From: the human T2T-CHM13v2.0 reference genome, Homo sapiens
Direction: 5' to 3'
Length of the DNA stretch: 64,000 nucleotides
Assembly (NCBI GenBank): GCA_009914755.4
Contig: CP086569.2
Span: 896,001 to 960,000 of the forward strand
Of this stretch, positions 57,991 through 64,000 are shown one piece after another. Within the stretch, counting starts at the first letter, position 1, and each line of letters begins with the position of its first letter. A model generated the notes under the pieces. It saw only the letters and a program-made list of their open reading frames with translations. It made no database searches and had not been told where the DNA came from. A program made the position numbers and the translations under genes.

Positions 57991-58640
57991 GAAACGTGGG
58001 TGTGATGGCTGGAGCCCCAGCAGCTGTTTCTGACTCTGAGGTGTTGCTGGAATAGACATAGGGGAAGCTTGACATTCTGCACCCATTTCTGCTTCTTGCT
58101 GGGAGAAAGGTGGGTGTGAGGGCGGGAGCCCCAGCATCCACGTTGGACTCTGAGGCAGTGCTGGAATTGACATAGGGGAAGCTTGCCATTCTTCACCCAT
58201 TTCTGCTTCTTGCTGGGGGAAAGGTAGGTGTGAGGGCTGGAGTCTCAGCAGCCACCTTGGACTCTGAGGTGATGCTGGAATGAATATATGGGGAAGTTTG
58301 CCATTCTTCACCCATTTCTGCTTCTCTTTGGGGGAAAGGTGGGTGTGAGGGCTGGAGCCATAGCAGCTGTTTTGGACTCTGAGGTGATGCTGGAATGAAC
58401 ACATCAGAGAGCTTGCCATTCTTCAGCCATTCCTGCTTCTTGCTGGAGGAAAGGTGGGTGAGAGGGCTGGAGTCTCAGCAGCCACCTTGGACTGTGAGGT
58501 GATGCTGGAATGGACATAGGGGAAGCTTGACATTCTTCAGCCATTTCTGCTTCTTGCTGGTGGAAAAGTGGGTGTGAGGGCTGGAGCCCCAGCAGCTGTT
58601 TTGGACTCTGAGGTGACACTGGAAGTGAAAATCTCATATG
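57990..58640. repeat. Minisatellite, unit about 120 bp, about 5.3 copies (ggtgggtgtgagggctggagccccagcagctgttttggactctgaggtgatgctggaatgaacataggggaagcttgccattcttcacccatttctgcttcttgctgggggaaa)
   Basis: gaagcttg.cattct recurs at 58064, 58184, 58305(var), 58422 and 58544; open reading frames on the minus strand (168 aa, 95 aa) follow the repeat. Confidence 0.85.
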
Positions 58641-58714
58641 CAGAATCCTGGGTCCTGGGAGGAGCACACAGTCCTGGGGTGGCTTCTGCAAGTCCTCCTT
58701 TTTCTTCTACTTCT

Positions 58715-59890
<1,176 letters not shown>

Positions 59891-60584
59891 TTAGAAAGGA
59901 TCTTTAAAAAGGCAGAACAGAAAGACAGAGAGGAGTGACGCTTTAACATTCATGCAAGATGGTTAGAAATCCAAAGGGGAGTGAAAAATCAGGATCGAGA
60001 CAGGTGGCTCACACCCATGGAATCTGCAGCCACCCCCAAAAAAACCCACATGGGCTGTGCCCTTTGGAAGCTCCAGGAGCAAGCAGCCCCCACGCCGGCT
60101 TCCTCATCCATCTGTGGCATTGGTTGTTGGGCATTTGAAATTGCAAGGTGTCTGCCTGCATTCCATAACGTGCCACAGAAACAAAAGGAGCAATCTCTCT
60201 CCCCTGATGGAAGCCAACAGCTGCTAAGAGGCCCGGAATGAGTGTGAGGAGATGATGAGCCTAGAGACCTGCTCCAGGATCAGGCAGCCGCCGAGTGGGA
60301 ATGAGCCGGTCAGCAGGCATCTGCCATCATTGCTCCCCAAAGCAGGGGTTCCCCAGGTGCCCTCAGCCCCGCCCAGCCTCAAGGGTGGCTCTGAGACCAC
60401 TGTGTGCTGGAATCAGCTGGACAGAAGGTGGCTGGCTGGAGAGGGTCATGGCTGGATGGGCACCTGGTAGCCTGTGGCCCTGGCCTGGGTTCAGGGAGGG
60501 TGTGGGCAGAGGGCAGGAGGAAGGTGGGGAGGAAGACACAGCAGGAGAAGGAGTAGGTGAAGGGAGCCAGGCTGGGGGAAGAAG

Positions 60585-61385
60585 AGGAGGAGGAGGAGAT
60601 GGAGGAGGAGGAGATGGAGATGGAGAAGTTAGAGGAGGAGGAGATGGAGAAGTTAAAGGAGGAGGAGATGGAGAAGGAGGAGATGGAAGAGGAGGACGAG
60701 ATGGAGGAGGAGGAGATTGAGGAGGAGGAGATGGAGAGGAGGAGAAAATGGAGGAGGAGGAGGAGAAGATGGAGGAGAAGGAGGAGATGGCAAAGGAGGA
60801 GATGGTGGAGATGGAGGAGGAGATAGAGGAGAAGGAGGAGATGGTAGAGATAGAGGAGGAGGAGAAGATGGAGGAGGAGCAGATGGAGGAAATGGAGAGG
60901 GAGGAGGAGATGGAGATGGAGGAGGAGGAGCTGGAGGAAGAGCAGACAGAGGAGATGGAGATGGACAAGGAGGAGAGGGAGGAGGAGGAGATGGAGGAGG
61001 TGGAGTAGATGGAAGAGGAGGAGGAAGAGATGCAGGAGATAGAGGAGGAGGAGGAGGAGCTGGAGGAAGAGCAGATGGAGAAAGAGGAGACAGAGGAGAT
61101 AGAGATGGAAGAGATGGTGGCGGAGGAGGAGGAGATGGAAGAGGAGGAGGAAGAGATGCAGGAGATAGAGGAAGAGCAGGAGGAGATGGAGGAGGAGGAG
61201 ACAAAGGAGGTAGAGATGGAGGAGATAGAGGAGGAGGAGATGGAGGAAGAGCAGAAGGAGGAAGAGGAGACAGAGGGGATAGAGATGGAGGAGATGGAGG
61301 AGGAGATGGAAGAGGAGGAGGAAGAGATGCAGGAGATAGAGGAGGAGGAGGAGGAGATGGAGGAAGAGGAGATGGAGGAGAGTGG
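60585..61385. repeat. Purine-rich imperfect repeat (gaggaggagatggag / gaggaagagcagatggag-like), about 800 bp, with triplet-like periodicity
   Basis: Direct read; translation gives poly-Glu/Met frames on the plus strand (86, 89, 168, 237 aa) and Ser/Leu/Pro-rich frames on the minus strand, all explained by the repeat. Confidence 0.85.
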
Positions 61386-61984
61386 GGAGATTTTCCTGCT
61401 CGAAACAGTGCTCAGCTTTGGGTATGGTGATCAGCACCACGTGTTACTTTGTTTGACAAACATGCTTCAAAAAAAAAAAAAGACACAGGAACGTGATTTC
61501 CACACAATATTTTAAAATACCACTGTCAGGAATTAATCACATGCAAACAGATATTGTTTTCTGGACTTAAACAACTTTGAAAATGTCACATAATGTTGCT
61601 TTTCTGTATGGTTTTTTATTCCTTTTAAGTTTTATTCCAATGAGGTTTTAAGAGAGGTAAGTTGCATAAATATCATATCAAGGTATTATAAGTAACTACA
61701 TTTAAAATGACAAATCTGTGATCAGAAATGTGAAGTTTGATCCAGATGAACAGGGACTCTCAAAGGGCACGAAACAACCACTCGTGAGGATCTGATTCAA
61801 ATGCAAAATTGACCCCTGCAATTGAAACCACAGTTATAATAAAAAGATATCCTAAACCAATTGAAACCAAAATTTCCAAAAATATACTTTTTAAAAAGAT
61901 CAGAAATGAAAAAGTGTGAGTAAAATAAAGCAACTCAGCTAATCTCCTTTGAAAGTGAATTTGGTATGAGATTTGAAGTATGAT

Positions 61985-63850
61985 TTGTGGTCTGTGATGC
62001 TCAACTGGTGTGGATGGAGCTGATCTATGGTCTGTGATCCTCACCTGGTGTGGATGGAGCTGATCTATGGTCTGTGATGCTCCCCTGGTGTGGATGGAGC
62101 TGATCTATGGTCTGTGATGCTCCCCTGGTGTGGATGCAGCTCATCCATGGTCTGTGAGGCTCACCTGGGGTGGATGGAGCTAATCTATGGTCTGTGATAG
62201 TCACCTAGTGTGAATGGGGAAGGGCCATGGTCTGTGATGCTCCCCTGCTGTGCATGGAGCTGATCTATGGTCTGTGATGCTCACCTGGTGTGGATGGAGC
62301 TGATCTATGGTCTGTGATGCTCACCTGGTGTGGATGCAGCTCATCCATGGTCTGTGAGGCTCACCTGGGGTGGATGGAGCTAATCTATGGTCTGTGATAG
62401 TCACCTAGTGTGAATGGGGAAGGGCCATGGTCTGTGATGCTCCCCTGCTGTGCATGGAGCTGATCTATGGTCTGTGATGCTCACCTGGTGTGGATGGAGC
62501 TGATCTATGGTCTGCGATACTCCCCTGGTGTGGATGGAGCTGATCTATGGTCTGTGATGCTCCCCGGGTGTGGATGGGGCTGATCTATGGTCTGTGATGC
62601 TCACTTGGTGTGGATGGAGCTGATCTATGGTCTGCGATACTCACTTGCTGTGGATGGAGCTGATCTATGGTCTGTGATACTCATCTGGTGTGGATGCAGC
62701 TCATCCATGGTCTGTGAGGCTCACCTGGTGTGGGTGGAGCTAATCTATGGTCTGTGATACTCACCTAGTGTGAATGGGGAAGGGCCATGGTCTGTGATGC
62801 TCCCCTGCTGTGCATGGAGCTAATCCATGGTCTGTGATGCTCACCTGGTGTGGATGGGGCTGATCTATGGTCTGCGATACTCCCCTGGTGTGGATGGAGC
62901 TGATCTATGGTCTGTGATGCTCCCCGGGTGTGGATGGGGCTGATCTATGGTCTGTGATGCTCACCTGGTGAGGATGCAGGTCATCCATGGTCTGTGATGC
63001 TCACCTGGTGTGGGTGGAGCTAATCTATGGTCTGTGATACTCACCTAGTGTGAATGGGGAAGGGCCATGGTCTGTGATGCTCCCCTGCTGTGCATGGAGC
63101 TAATCCATGGTCTGTGATGCTCACCTGGTGTGGGTGGAGCTGACCTATGCTCTGTGATGCTCACCTGGTGTGGATGGGGCTGATCTATGGTCTGTGATAC
63201 TCATCTGGTGTGGGTGGAGCTGATCTATGGTCTGTGATACTCACCTGGTGAGGATGCAGGTCATCCATGGTCTGTGATGCTCACCTGGTGTGGGTGGAGC
63301 TAATCTATGGTCTGTGATACTCACCTAGTGTGAATGGGGAAGGGCCATGGTCTGTAATGCTCACCTGGTATAGATGGAGCTGATCTGTAGTCTGTGATGC
63401 TCAACTGGTGTGGATGGAGCTGATCTATGGTCTGTGATACTCATCTGGTGTGAATGGGGAAGGGCCATGGTCTTTGATGCTCCCCTGGTGTGGATGGAGC
63501 TAATCTATGGTCTGTGATACTCACCTGGTGTGGATGGAGCTGATCTGTAGTCTGTGATGCTCAACTGGTGTGGATGGAGCTGATCCATGGTCTGTGATGC
63601 TCAACTGGTGTGGATGGAGCTGATCTATGGTCTGTGATGCTCACCTGGTGTGAATGGGGGAGGGCCATGGTCTGTGATGCTCACTTGGTGTGGATGTAGC
63701 TGATCTTTGGTCTGTGATGCTCCCCTGGTGTGGATGGAGCTGACACATGGTCTGTGATGCTCCCCTGCTGTGTATGTAGCTCACCCACGGTCTGTGATGC
63801 TCATGTGGGTCAGGTGTGGGTATCATATGGCCTATAGTCTGAAGCTCACC
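61985..63850. repeat. Minisatellite, 40-bp unit (tggtctgtgatgctcacctggtgtggatggagctgatcta), about 46 copies, with variant units (gtgaatggggaagggccatggtctgtgatgctcccctgctgtgcatggagc) and a duplicated 200-bp (5-unit) higher-order block at 62121-62520
   Basis: Direct read; exact 40-bp phase across most of the array. Confidence 0.9.
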
Positions 63851-64000
63851 TGGACCAGCTCTCGCTGCTGCTGAAACAGGGACTCACAGGCATGTCTCCC
63901 ACGGAACTGTGCCTGGGTTATTTAAGGACTGTGACCACTGACCCATGGAGCTGAGAGCACTTAACTGGTGTGGAGAAAGTGGGTTTTATACATGCATGCT

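Noticed and set aside
60363-61515. Multiple 168-353-aa ORFs on both strands across 60.36-61.52 kb
   Set aside because: All are explained by the purine-rich repeat. Openness in several frames and on both strands argues against a real CDS. The Glu-rich frame is kept only as a low-interest finding.

Overview
This window reads as primate (human-like) nuclear DNA, not a prokaryotic or viral gene system. The region is intergenic- or intronic-looking and very dense in SINE/Alu insertions and tandem repeats. I count over 60 Alu copies or fragments and recognise the Alu dimer consensus on both strands. Many Alus have visible target-site duplications (TSDs) and A-tails that have expanded into microsatellites. 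There are two older L1 3'-end fragments and one young L1 tail. There is one solo LTR7 (HERV-H LTR), one THE1-like MaLR LTR, and one roughly 1.4-kb ERV LTR-like element with internal 21-bp repeats. There are at least ten distinct minisatellite/satellite arrays. The largest is a homogenised 30-bp satellite organised into a ~297-bp higher-order repeat (HOR) that spans about 4.3 kb. I found no convincing protein-coding gene, tRNA, rRNA or CRISPR array. Nearly all ORFs in the supplied track are translations of Alu or simple repeats and I reject them as coding. The most striking property of the locus is structural. Alus, Alu monomers, an L1 segment and Alu poly-A tails have each been tandemly amplified many independent times, and two segmental duplications (one direct, one inverted) lie inside the window. 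This VNTR and duplication density suggests a recombination-prone, possibly subtelomeric or otherwise unstable region. Secondary leads are a split promoter-like motif cluster at about 31.1–31.4 kb, one CpG-rich unique block at 35.5–36.1 kb, and one exon-like unit at about 20.6 kb. All coordinates are approximate to within a few bases, and family names are recalled from memory rather than database searches.
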